Positions 9,401 to 17,128 of a stretch of 64,000 nucleotides of DNA are shown here, one piece after another. The notes beneath the pieces are model-generated. The model did no database searches and had not been told where the DNA came from. It saw nothing but the letters and a program-made list of their open reading frames with translations. A program made the position numbers and the translations under genes. The stretch comes from Planctomycetota bacterium (lineage in GTDB: Bacteria; Planctomycetota; GCA-002687715; CAIWVZ01): positions 288,001 through 352,000 of the forward strand of contig JBGANV010000005.1 of assembly GCA_044222185.1 (NCBI GenBank), given 5' to 3'. The first letter of the stretch is position 1; every line of letters begins with the position of its first letter.

Positions 9401-10495
9401 CTCGCCGAGCGGGGGGTGGACCCGACCCGCGCCAAGGTGCTCGCGCGTGCGAGGCTCTTCGGCGGCTCGCCCGACGGAACCAATGCCGGGTTCTCCTACT
9501 TCGTGGAGAAGTCCGGCGGATGGGACTCGCGGCAGGACGTCGCGAAGGCGTACATCGACGGCGTCCGTTTCGCCTACACCGACGGCGCGTTCGGCGTGGA
9601 GTCGCCCGAGGCGTTCGAAGCGGTCCTGAAGACGACGGACGTCGTCATGCGAACCTGGACCGATCCAGTCCGCAGCCCGCTCACCGACAAGTACGGCTGG
9701 CTGCGCGGCGGAGCGCTCGCACTCGCGGTCAAGCAGCTCTCCGGCCGGGAGCCCGAGTTCGTCCTCTCGGACGTGCGAGACGCGGATGCGGCTCGGACCA
9801 TCTCCGCGGAAGACGCGATCGCAGCCGACTTCCGCGTGCGTTTGTTCAACCGCAAATGGATCGAGGGAATGATGCGGGAGGGCTACGCCGGCGCCGATCA
9901 GATGTCGAATGCGACGTCGAACGCGTTCGGCTGGGCGACGATGCGTGAGGGCGCGATTCGCGCCGACGCCTGGGAAGAGCTGAAGAAGATCTACGTCGAC
10001 GACTCACTCGGGCTGCACATCCGCGAGTTCTTCGAGAAGGAGAACCCGCACGCGTTCCGGGAGACGCTCGAGATCCTGCTCGAGGCCGTGAACAAGGGTT
10101 ACTGGAACGCCAGCGCGGAAGTCACCGCCGACCTCGCACGAGCCCACCGCGAGAGCGTGGCTCGGCACGGCGAATCGAACGGGCTGCGCAGCGCGGGCAA
10201 CGACAAGCTCGACGCGTTCATCGCGCGGCATGCGGGCGCGCCTGGGAAGAATCCCGCTCCGACGACCGCGGCCCCGTCGCCGACGGCATCCGGGGCCCAC
10301 GCCCCGCCGAGCGCGCAGCCGGCACGGCCGATCGTCAGCGGGCCCAAGCTCGTCACGGCGCCGTCGCCGCCGCCCCGTTCCGAATCGGCCCGACCGCCGG
10401 GCGACTCGGACGGTTCTCCAAACCCATCCCTCGTCGTCGCGGGGGTCGCCATCGTCCTCTTGTTCGTCGCTGGGTTCCTGCTCGGAAGGCACTGA
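6449..10495 (+). CDS. Exported, membrane-anchored CobN/BchH-family chelatase-like protein (HmuS/BtuS-like)
   Basis: CobN-family motifs PPHNYLATYLW, IHFGTHGS, LGRPRIDV, FNRKWIEGMMREGYAGA. N-terminal signal peptide, Pro-rich linker and C-terminal TM helix. Confidence 0.85.
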   Translation: MKPTPIARAVLLLGLAALTATAQDTEPGRPLVALLGLHGGVAERLRPALESVGLDACDLNEEGLLVDAAPLRRTGVVILQTLRGERAAAMQRVFDAAKAANPAIRFLTVSAPAAAQGSGAPSSSRPTTRRSIVESDPTLSAYYAGATEENLRRMAAYVARSYFGRPVDVQPPAPRTTVGLWHPDHDGFFADAPAFESWSASRRLTGASPPRVAVVVHGLHLEFQEPEVIRALIRSLEARGAVAAAIVDTAEGLASMRETYEANILGFAPDVVVHTCHATDTVSLREKLDVAHVHSIFFTRDSIDEWRKNPVGLDPHTVAFQILTQEIIGGIEPLIGGGTRHGHGSGDAVVPIPDRIEHVTARAMRWATLHRKPNAKKRVALLYYDRELDPAALMRGSTTGMFMNAPRSVVALLRRLAHEGYAVDPMPRDDSELISWMQRGGRQVGMWAKETLAREVRDGNPVLIPVATYARWLNEDLPAERRAEILARWGPPPGEIMTWTDARGSFIVVPRIDLGGISLLPQPLRGEAQDPRLLHDQSVPPPHNYLATYLWLRRELAADALIHFGTHGSEFFLPGKRAGLASDDWCEILLGDLPNICPWIVSNLGEVGPAKRRTNAVIVSHATPPVVEAGLTDAVQNLHQDLEKFLGLEAGALKEGFRKSISEAARAQRLTTDLHVPPGDGLLDDETLKRLDTYLHELREERTPTSLHVLGTSPSDDVLAAYVVSCLKRAYLDALEPLLPKAGGHESGALAPNVQKAAVQVVDGVIRRGLDAAAALKAAGIDHDGPIPERLARSLELAKDLASRLSRASEEIDGIVAALSGRFVRPGPGGSPVRNPASAPGGRNLFLVNPEEIPARASFDLGRRLLEDFLREYRARTGHHPTRIAFSLAASSTFQDYGVLESQVLAALGCEPIWDEKNVVSDVRVIPRPELGRPRIDVFLSGQPFYRDTMLSRMTLLDRAVRKVADLDEAENFVRKETARIESDLAERGVDPTRAKVLARARLFGGSPDGTNAGFSYFVEKSGGWDSRQDVAKAYIDGVRFAYTDGAFGVESPEAFEAVLKTTDVVMRTWTDPVRSPLTDKYGWLRGGALALAVKQLSGREPEFVLSDVRDADAARTISAEDAIAADFRVRLFNRKWIEGMMREGYAGADQMSNATSNAFGWATMREGAIRADAWEELKKIYVDDSLGLHIREFFEKENPHAFRETLEILLEAVNKGYWNASAEVTADLARAHRESVARHGESNGLRSAGNDKLDAFIARHAGAPGKNPAPTTAAPSPTASGAHAPPSAQPARPIVSGPKLVTAPSPPPRSESARPPGDSDGSPNPSLVVAGVAIVLLFVAGFLLGRH

Positions 10496-10498
10496 TTC

Positions 10499-11083
10499 AT
10501 GTCTGGCATCGAGACCATCCTCTTCGGCATCGCGAACGCGCTGCTCTATCCGTGCCTCGTCGTCCTGCTCACGCTGTTCGCGTCCACGATCTTCTGGCTG
10601 GGCGGCTTCGCGCGCGAGGCTCTGGCTCGGCGGAGCACGGCGGCGGAGGTTCGTCGCATCGCAGAGGCCATTGCGCCTCCCACACGGCCCGCCCGCCTGC
10701 CGAAGAGGTGGAGCGCGTTGCTCGACGTCCTCGCTCGACCGGGCGTGAGTGCTCTCGATCTGGAGAAGTTCCTCGTCGACTCCGAGCACGACATGAGCCG
10801 CCGTGTGGAGCGCGTCTCCCTCGCCGCGAAAATCGGTCCCATGCTCGGGCTCGCCGGCACGCTGATTCCGCTCGGCCCCGCGCTGCGCGCCATGGGAGCG
10901 GGCTCGGTGTCGGAGCTCGCGCACGATCTCATCGTCGCGTTCGCGGCGACCGTCGTCGGCCTCGCCGTCGCCGGTCCCTGCTTCTGGATGGCCACGGCCC
11001 GCAAGCGCTGGTACGAGCAGGACCTGGCCCACATGGACCTGGTCGCACGTCGCGCCCTCGACGCACGGGAGGCCTCGCGATGA
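10499..11083 (+). CDS. MotA/TolQ/ExbB proton-channel family protein (HmuU-like)
   Basis: GPMLGLAGTLIPLGPAL and AFAATVVGL motifs; 3 TM segments; 3 bp after the chelatase. Confidence 0.85.
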   Translation: MSGIETILFGIANALLYPCLVVLLTLFASTIFWLGGFAREALARRSTAAEVRRIAEAIAPPTRPARLPKRWSALLDVLARPGVSALDLEKFLVDSEHDMSRRVERVSLAAKIGPMLGLAGTLIPLGPALRAMGAGSVSELAHDLIVAFAATVVGLAVAGPCFWMATARKRWYEQDLAHMDLVARRALDAREASR

Positions 11084-11403
11084 AAACCAGCCTGCGTGGA
11101 ACCAGGCGCCGAGTGGGCCGCGACCTCGGCGACGATCCGTTCGCCATGCTCGTGAATTTCTTCGACTGCTCGATCGTGTTCGCGCTCGGCTTCATCGTCG
11201 CGCTTCTGGCGCGAGCACCGTCGGCCATGTCCCCGTCGACACCGCCCGGGTCGACACAGGCAACGGCCGGCAACCTGGCCGACGCGCAGAAGGCTCCGCT
11301 GAAGCCCACCTCCGACACGGCCACCGGTCCCGGCCAGCGTCTCGGCGTCGCCTATCGCCTGGACAACGGCGACGTCGTCTACGTCCCGGACATCCCTCGC
11401 TGA
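11080..11403 (+). CDS. DUF2149 family membrane protein (HmuV-like)
   Basis: DDPFAMLVNFFD, a TM helix and GxGQRLGVAYRLDNGDVVYVP. ATGA overlap with the previous gene; C-terminal part of ORF 10552..11403. Confidence 0.8.
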   Translation: MKTSLRGTRRRVGRDLGDDPFAMLVNFFDCSIVFALGFIVALLARAPSAMSPSTPPGSTQATAGNLADAQKAPLKPTSDTATGPGQRLGVAYRLDNGDVVYVPDIPR

Positions 11404-11828
11404 CGGACGCGCGACCGGCGCGCCTTCGCGATCTTCGGAACGTCGAGGACCGTCGAGGACCGTCACAACGGCGGAACGCTACTGCCGTCTCGGGGCGGAG
11501 CGCCACGTCCACCGCCGTCTCGGCGGGGACTGGCGCGATCGCCGCGCGTCACGCGCGGGCCAGCTGGCGTGGCATGCGGCTCGATGCGAGATCCCCAACG
11601 CCCGTCTGATCACCGAATGCCCAACGGCCAAGCCACGTCGGCCGGCCCGGGCTCCTCGGCTGCGCCTCGGTAGCCCGGCGATCCTGCCGGTCGCGCCTCC
11701 GCTGTCGCGTCGGGTCGACAGGCGCCCCGTCGCGCCCACCTCGGTGGCGGCTGTCGAGGAGGAAACGCCTCACGGAATTCGCGGATGGGCCCGAGCCCGC
11801 GTGATCTGCCGTGAAGCAACGGAGCGCG

Positions 11829-14800
11829 TCATCGGACGCCTGATCGCGTGACGGGCGCGGGGAAGATGAGCAGACGCGGCGGGGAGTCGTCGGGCTGAGA
11901 CACGAGCTGTTCTGCGGCGCCGTCGCCGTCCAGGTCGCAGCGAAGGACCGCCGTGGCGCACTCGCCGGGAAGCTGGAGCGAGAAGATCTCCTGCCCGCTG
12001 CGGCCGGAGAGGACGCGCAGGGGGTGGACGCCGGGCGTCGGTGGGTCGTCGGGAATGGGGTCCTGCACGGCGACATCGACGAAGCCGTCGCCGTCCAGGT
12101 CTCCGGCGTTCAGGATGCGCCCCCGGCGATGCGGGAACCGGAACTCCCGGGTCCACAGCGGCTCGCTCGAAGCGGCGCCGATCAGCGCCACGCGGTGTTC
12201 GTGTTTCCCGGGCCCACCGCCGCTCGAGACCACGAACTCGGGGAAACCGTCACGGTCTCCGTCGCCGCTCGAAAGGACGCCTCGCCGGCCCGATTCGCCA
12301 GCCGGAAGAGGAATGCGGCGGAGCACGGTGCCGGCACCCGACGAGACGACCTCGATCCAGGACCCGACGGTGAGCGCGATGTCCCTCTTGCCGTCGCCGT
12401 CCGCGTCACCGACGGCCTGGACCGGTGGATCGGACCGCTCGGCGGAGAACGTCCGGAGTACAGCACCCATTCGGGGCGACACCACCCGGACCTCACATCC
12501 CCGCTCGGCCTCGGCAACGACCGCCAGCTCCGGAATCCGGTCGCCGTCGAGGTCATCGAGAGCGGCGACGTGGCGGCCGAACCGGCTCGATGCGACGGTC
12601 CCTTCGAGCGTTCGGAGGACGCGACCGTCAGCCCCGGAGACGATCATGACGGCACCGCAGTCGGTCCCTTCGCCGCCGTCGAAGCCCGGGGCGCCGACGG
12701 CGAGGTCCGGATGCCCGTCGGCGTCCACATCGCCGAGGACGACCATCGCTGAACCGAAACGGTCACCTGCGTGGCCCCCAGGGATCGTGAACCGACGCTC
12801 GAGCGTCGTCGCGTCGTAGACCTCGACCGCACCCGTCTGAAGCGGCGGCGTTTCCGGCGCCGCGGCGACGATCTCCGGACGTCCGTCTCCATCGAGGTCC
12901 ACGACGACCACCTGACGCCCGAACCCCGTGCCCACCCCGCCCGCAATCGATCGGAGCGGCGGCGAGGCGGCGCCATGCGCTTGCGCCTCCCGCTCGGTGC
13001 CGACGACCGGAGCGCTGACGGCCGCGGCCTCCGCTGCCGTCGCGGCGCTCGAAAACAGCATTCGCCGGGGCAGCGAGGACCAGATGCGGATCGTCTTGTC
13101 GGCCGATGCCGACGCGAGCCGGGTCCCATCAGGACTCCACGAGACCGAGCGGACGTCGCCAGTGTGGCCCAAAAGGACGGCGATCTCCTCCCAACTGGTG
13201 GTGCTCCAGAGGTGGATTTCCCCGGCCCGGTCTCCGCCCGCGAGCCGGGCGCCGTCCGGCGAGAAGGCCACGTCGAAAACGGGCTCCGCGAGGCCGCGGA
13301 GGTCGGCGATCTCCTCGAGGGTTGCGAGATCGATGATCCGTACCGAGGAGTCCTTGAACGCGATCGCGGCGCGGGACCCGGCGCGATCGATCGTGATCGC
13401 GACCGGTCCGGGTGCGATCGGGCGTGATCGCTCGTGCCCGGACGGCAGGTCGGTCACGATCAGCTCGCTTCGTGCCTTCGTTTCCTTGAACGCGATCTTC
13501 ACGCGGCCCGGCGCGACGGCAGCATCACCGACGCGGCCCGGCCACGCGACGTCGCCTGCCCACGACTCCGCGTCCCGCGGCTCTCGCGACACGGCTCCGC
13601 GGGCGACGTCGAACCTATGGACGTTGGGGATTCCGGCGATGATCGCGTTCCCGTCGAGGGACCATGCGATTCCTTCTGGCCTCTTCACGCCCCGGGTCAG
13701 GAGACCTCGTGGGCGCGCGGTCCACGGGCACCAGAGCCGGGCGGTGTCGTCCCACGCCAGTGTCACGAGACTGCGGCCGTCGGGAGCGAACTCGACGTCA
13801 TAGACGTAGGAGTCGTGGCCGCGTCCGACGCAGATGTCGTCGTCCTCGGCGAGGTCCCACACGCGGACCGACGTCTCCGTCGCCGCGGCGATCTTGCGGC
13901 CGTCCGGCGCGAGGACCAGCCGTCGGACCGGGGCCCCGAGGCCGAGCAACGAGCGAAGGTGGACGCCGCCGTCGACGCGCCAGAGATCCACACTGCCCGC
14001 GTCCGACCCCGTCGCGAGCTGGCGTCCGTCCGGAAACCACGTGATCGCGGTCACGGCCTGGTCGCGGCCGCGGAAGTACCTCTCCCGTTCCCCGGTCGTG
14101 CGCCGCAGGACGTGGATTCCCGGGTGCCTCGTCCCCACGGCGATGCGCTCGCCGTCCGGCGAGAAGGCGAAGGACCGCAGGGCCTCGGTGAAGGAGGCGA
14201 CGCGGCCGATCCTCTCCCCTGTGGCTGCATCGCTCATCGTGATGAAGCCGTTGATGTTCAGCGCCGGATCTCGGGCGGAATGGACGACCTGCGCTCCGTC
14301 CGGCGCAACGTCGGCGCAGTGATTCCCCTTCACGGCCAGACATGCGCCGGTGCCCACGCTCCAGATCCGCAGCTCGCGGGTCGTGGACAGCAACACGCGA
14401 TCGCCCGCAGGGAAGAACCGGACGGACCACGATGCCGTCGACTCGGGGACGTTGAAACTCTTCGTGACGTCGGTCTCGAGATCCCGAAGCTCGATGCTTC
14501 CACCGTCGTGCCCTGTGACGAGATATCGGCCGTCTCGGGACAGATCCAGGCTCGCGAGATGGGGGCCGGTTTCGATGGACTTCTGGATCCGGTACGTCTC
14601 GAGGTCGCGGAACTGGACGGAGCCGGAGCGGACTGCTGTGAGAACGAAGCGACCGTTCGCGGAGAACGTGACGTCGCCGCAGGCGTCGTCGCTTTCGCCG
14701 AGGACGAGATCGGCGGTATCGAGGCGACTCGCGAGGTGATCCCACTCCCAACCCCTGAGCACGGCCTCGGTCTGGGAGAGGAGCCGCGCCGCCTCCGCGC

Positions 14801-16175
14801 CCCTCCCGCGGTCGATCGCCGAGGACGCGGCTCGGATCTGCGCCGCATACGCCGCGCGCGCCGCCTGGTTCTTGTGGATGAGGGCCTCCTGCTCGGCGGC
14901 TCGCGCGCGGGCCGACTCCACCCGTTCACTCGCTGCGGCCTCCCTGGCGCGGACGGCGGCGCCGAGCGATATGGCGAGCGCGACCACGAAGATCACGAGG
15001 GTCGAAATGCCGGCGGTCACCGCGGCTTTCCTGCGAATCGCGAACAGCCGGAGCTGGTAGATCACGCTCGGCGGCCGGGCCAGGATCGGCTCCCTCGCGA
15101 GGTACCGCTCGAGGTCCGACGCGAGAGCTGCAGCGGTCTGGTAGCGCCGGTCCGGCACGGGATCGATCGCGGTCGAGATGATCGTGGCGACGTCTCGTGG
15201 GAGGTCCCTGCGGCGCCGCTCGGGCGGGACCGGAGGCGACTCTTGCACGCGAGCGAGCGCGACGGGGAGCGCGAGGCCGCGGAGGTCGTGAGGGAGGCTT
15301 CCCGTCAGGAGCTCATACCCGATCACGCCGAGAGCATGGACGTCCGTGCGGAAGTCGATCCGGGTCGGATCTCCGGCGGCCTGCTCGGGGCTCATGTAGG
15401 CGACGGTGCCGAGCACTTCCCCTGCGACCGTCTCGGCCCGGGGGGTGCTCGGGTCATCGCCGAGCGCGCGTGCCACTCCAAAGTCGAGGATCTTCGGCGA
15501 GCCGTCCGGCATCACGAGAACGTTGCCCGGCTTCAGGTCGCGGTGGATCACACCGCGGAGGTGTGCGTGGTGCGTGGCCTCGCACAGGCGGACGAGAAGG
15601 CGCAGGCGCGCCGCGAAGTCCGGCGTGGCGTCCTTTGCCCAGGTCGCGAGCGGGACGCCCTCGACGTACTCCATCGCGATGAACGGGACCGCTTCGCCGG
15701 ACCCGGCCCGTGCCTCGATGACTTGCGCGATCCCCGGGTGCTGGAGGCGGCCGAGGAGCTCGGCCTCGAGCTCGAAGCGGCGGGATGTGGACGAATCGAG
15801 GAGCACGCGCCGCAGCACCTTCACGGCCACGCGGCGTCGCGGTTGACTCTGTTCCGCTTCGTAGACGATGCCCATGCCGCCGCGGCCGATCGGTCGAACG
15901 ATGCGGTAGCCACCGACCGATGTCGGCATCTCCGTCGGCAACGAATCGCCGCAATCCGGCGCTTCGGCGACGGCGGAAGCGCTCATCACCCCGATTGCGT
16001 CGGCCGGCGTGCGCGGATCATCCTCATAAGCGAAGAGCCGCTCGACCTCGGCGAAGAGTTTCTGGTCTCCGCCGGCGGCGCGTTCCAGGAAGGCGCGCCG
16101 CTCGTTCCCGGCGAGGTCCCCGGCCTGGAGCCAGATCTCCTTGATCCGGGCATAGTCTTCCGGGCGCAGGTTCAT
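11829..16175 (-). CDS. Ser/Thr protein kinase with TM helix, WD40 repeats and C-terminal FG-GAP repeats
   Basis: IGRGGMGIVY, VAVK, HRDLKPGN, DFG; TM AVTAGISTLVIFVVALAISLGAA; many FSPDG/WD repeats; DLDGDG and FG..VAxxxD repeats. Start chosen at MNLRPEDY. Confidence 0.9.
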   Translation of the reverse strand: MNLRPEDYARIKEIWLQAGDLAGNERRAFLERAAGGDQKLFAEVERLFAYEDDPRTPADAIGVMSASAVAEAPDCGDSLPTEMPTSVGGYRIVRPIGRGGMGIVYEAEQSQPRRRVAVKVLRRVLLDSSTSRRFELEAELLGRLQHPGIAQVIEARAGSGEAVPFIAMEYVEGVPLATWAKDATPDFAARLRLLVRLCEATHHAHLRGVIHRDLKPGNVLVMPDGSPKILDFGVARALGDDPSTPRAETVAGEVLGTVAYMSPEQAAGDPTRIDFRTDVHALGVIGYELLTGSLPHDLRGLALPVALARVQESPPVPPERRRRDLPRDVATIISTAIDPVPDRRYQTAAALASDLERYLAREPILARPPSVIYQLRLFAIRRKAAVTAGISTLVIFVVALAISLGAAVRAREAAASERVESARARAAEQEALIHKNQAARAAYAAQIRAASSAIDRGRGAEAARLLSQTEAVLRGWEWDHLASRLDTADLVLGESDDACGDVTFSANGRFVLTAVRSGSVQFRDLETYRIQKSIETGPHLASLDLSRDGRYLVTGHDGGSIELRDLETDVTKSFNVPESTASWSVRFFPAGDRVLLSTTRELRIWSVGTGACLAVKGNHCADVAPDGAQVVHSARDPALNINGFITMSDAATGERIGRVASFTEALRSFAFSPDGERIAVGTRHPGIHVLRRTTGERERYFRGRDQAVTAITWFPDGRQLATGSDAGSVDLWRVDGGVHLRSLLGLGAPVRRLVLAPDGRKIAAATETSVRVWDLAEDDDICVGRGHDSYVYDVEFAPDGRSLVTLAWDDTARLWCPWTARPRGLLTRGVKRPEGIAWSLDGNAIIAGIPNVHRFDVARGAVSREPRDAESWAGDVAWPGRVGDAAVAPGRVKIAFKETKARSELIVTDLPSGHERSRPIAPGPVAITIDRAGSRAAIAFKDSSVRIIDLATLEEIADLRGLAEPVFDVAFSPDGARLAGGDRAGEIHLWSTTSWEEIAVLLGHTGDVRSVSWSPDGTRLASASADKTIRIWSSLPRRMLFSSAATAAEAAAVSAPVVGTEREAQAHGAASPPLRSIAGGVGTGFGRQVVVVDLDGDGRPEIVAAAPETPPLQTGAVEVYDATTLERRFTIPGGHAGDRFGSAMVVLGDVDADGHPDLAVGAPGFDGGEGTDCGAVMIVSGADGRVLRTLEGTVASSRFGRHVAALDDLDGDRIPELAVVAEAERGCEVRVVSPRMGAVLRTFSAERSDPPVQAVGDADGDGKRDIALTVGSWIEVVSSGAGTVLRRIPLPAGESGRRGVLSSGDGDRDGFPEFVVSSGGGPGKHEHRVALIGAASSEPLWTREFRFPHRRGRILNAGDLDGDGFVDVAVQDPIPDDPPTPGVHPLRVLSGRSGQEIFSLQLPGECATAVLRCDLDGDGAAEQLVSQPDDSPPRLLIFPAPVTRSGVR

Positions 16176-16257
16176 GTGGATGACGCGCGCCGAACCGCCG
16201 CTTCGAGGAGAGGCGCAACGCCCCTGCGGGTCTCCGAGCCGGGGGCGGCGCGCAGCA

Positions 16258-16860
16258 TCACGGCGTGTCCGCCTGGTGGCGATCGATCTCGGAGAGGAGG
16301 AGTGAGCGGGCGAGCCCGAGCTGCCGGGTGACGGTGGCGCGTGAGACGCCGAGCTGCAGCGCGATCTGGTCACCGGTCAGGCCGCCGAAATAATGCCACT
16401 CGGTGATGCGCACCAGCTCGGGATCGAGTTGTCCGAGCCACGTCAGCGCCTTGTCCAGCACGATGAGGTCGACGGCGGCGGAGGAGGCGCCGCTGACAGC
16501 GAGTCCGTTCAGGGTGACCCGGTCCCAGCCGCCGCCGCGCTTGTCGGCCGCGCGCCGGCGCGCGTGGTCCGTGAGGACCTGCCGCATCGCGTGAGCCCCG
16601 AATCCGAGGAGGCGGCCACGCGTCAGGTCGTCGGAACCGAGGCCCGGGAGGAGCCGAAGCACGGCCTCATTCACGACGTCGGTCGGAGCCAGCGTGTGCT
16701 CCCGCCGTTCGCGAGCGAGGTAGGCCCGCGCGATGATCCGAAGCTCGTCGTAGACGCGGGCGAGCACACGGTTGCGGGCGTCGGTGTCGTCGGAGGCGAG
16801 GTCGCGCGCGAGATCCGGGGATGCCCCGGATGGCGATGGCTGCGAGGCTGGTGGGCACAT
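16258..16860 (-). CDS. ECF sigma factor, kinase-associated type (Sig-70_X6-like)
   Basis: VYDELRIIA, HTLAPTDVVNEA, MRQVLTDHARRRAADKRGGG and a region-4 HTH. Confidence 0.88.
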   Translation of the reverse strand: MCPPASQPSPSGASPDLARDLASDDTDARNRVLARVYDELRIIARAYLARERREHTLAPTDVVNEAVLRLLPGLGSDDLTRGRLLGFGAHAMRQVLTDHARRRAADKRGGGWDRVTLNGLAVSGASSAAVDLIVLDKALTWLGQLDPELVRITEWHYFGGLTGDQIALQLGVSRATVTRQLGLARSLLLSEIDRHQADTP

Positions 16861-17128
16861 GCGAGGGATGGGCCCATCGTAACCGCGCCCCGCGCAGCGG
16901 GGCTCCGCCGGCCGACCGCGTCTGCCGGGCGCGAACGCCCGACGCGGTGCGCAGGGTGCCGCACGCCGAATGTGCCTGCGCAGGAAACTTCGTCTGCGGC
17001 CGGTCGCCGTCTCAGCCGTTTTCGAAGCGAAGTTGACGCAGCCGGGCGCGGGCTGCGCATTCGGGATGACGGGGTGGCGCGCGTGGCGCCCCCGACCCGA
17101 TCCAACTCAATCGACACAAGGTGACCTC

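Noticed and set aside
6449-10495. Cobalamin-biosynthesis cobN
   Set aside because: It has a signal peptide and membrane anchor, and its neighbours are ExbB-like and DUF2149 genes rather than cob genes.
11404-11828. Small gene or RNA between convergent genes, including a CGTCGAGGAC tandem at ~11441-11464
   Set aside because: The repeat is only about 2.4 copies of 10 bp, and no ORF or RNA motif is convincing.
13434-16331. 965-aa + strand ORF (likewise 27022..29178 on the - strand)
   Set aside because: Antisense to well-supported kinase and S46 peptidase genes.
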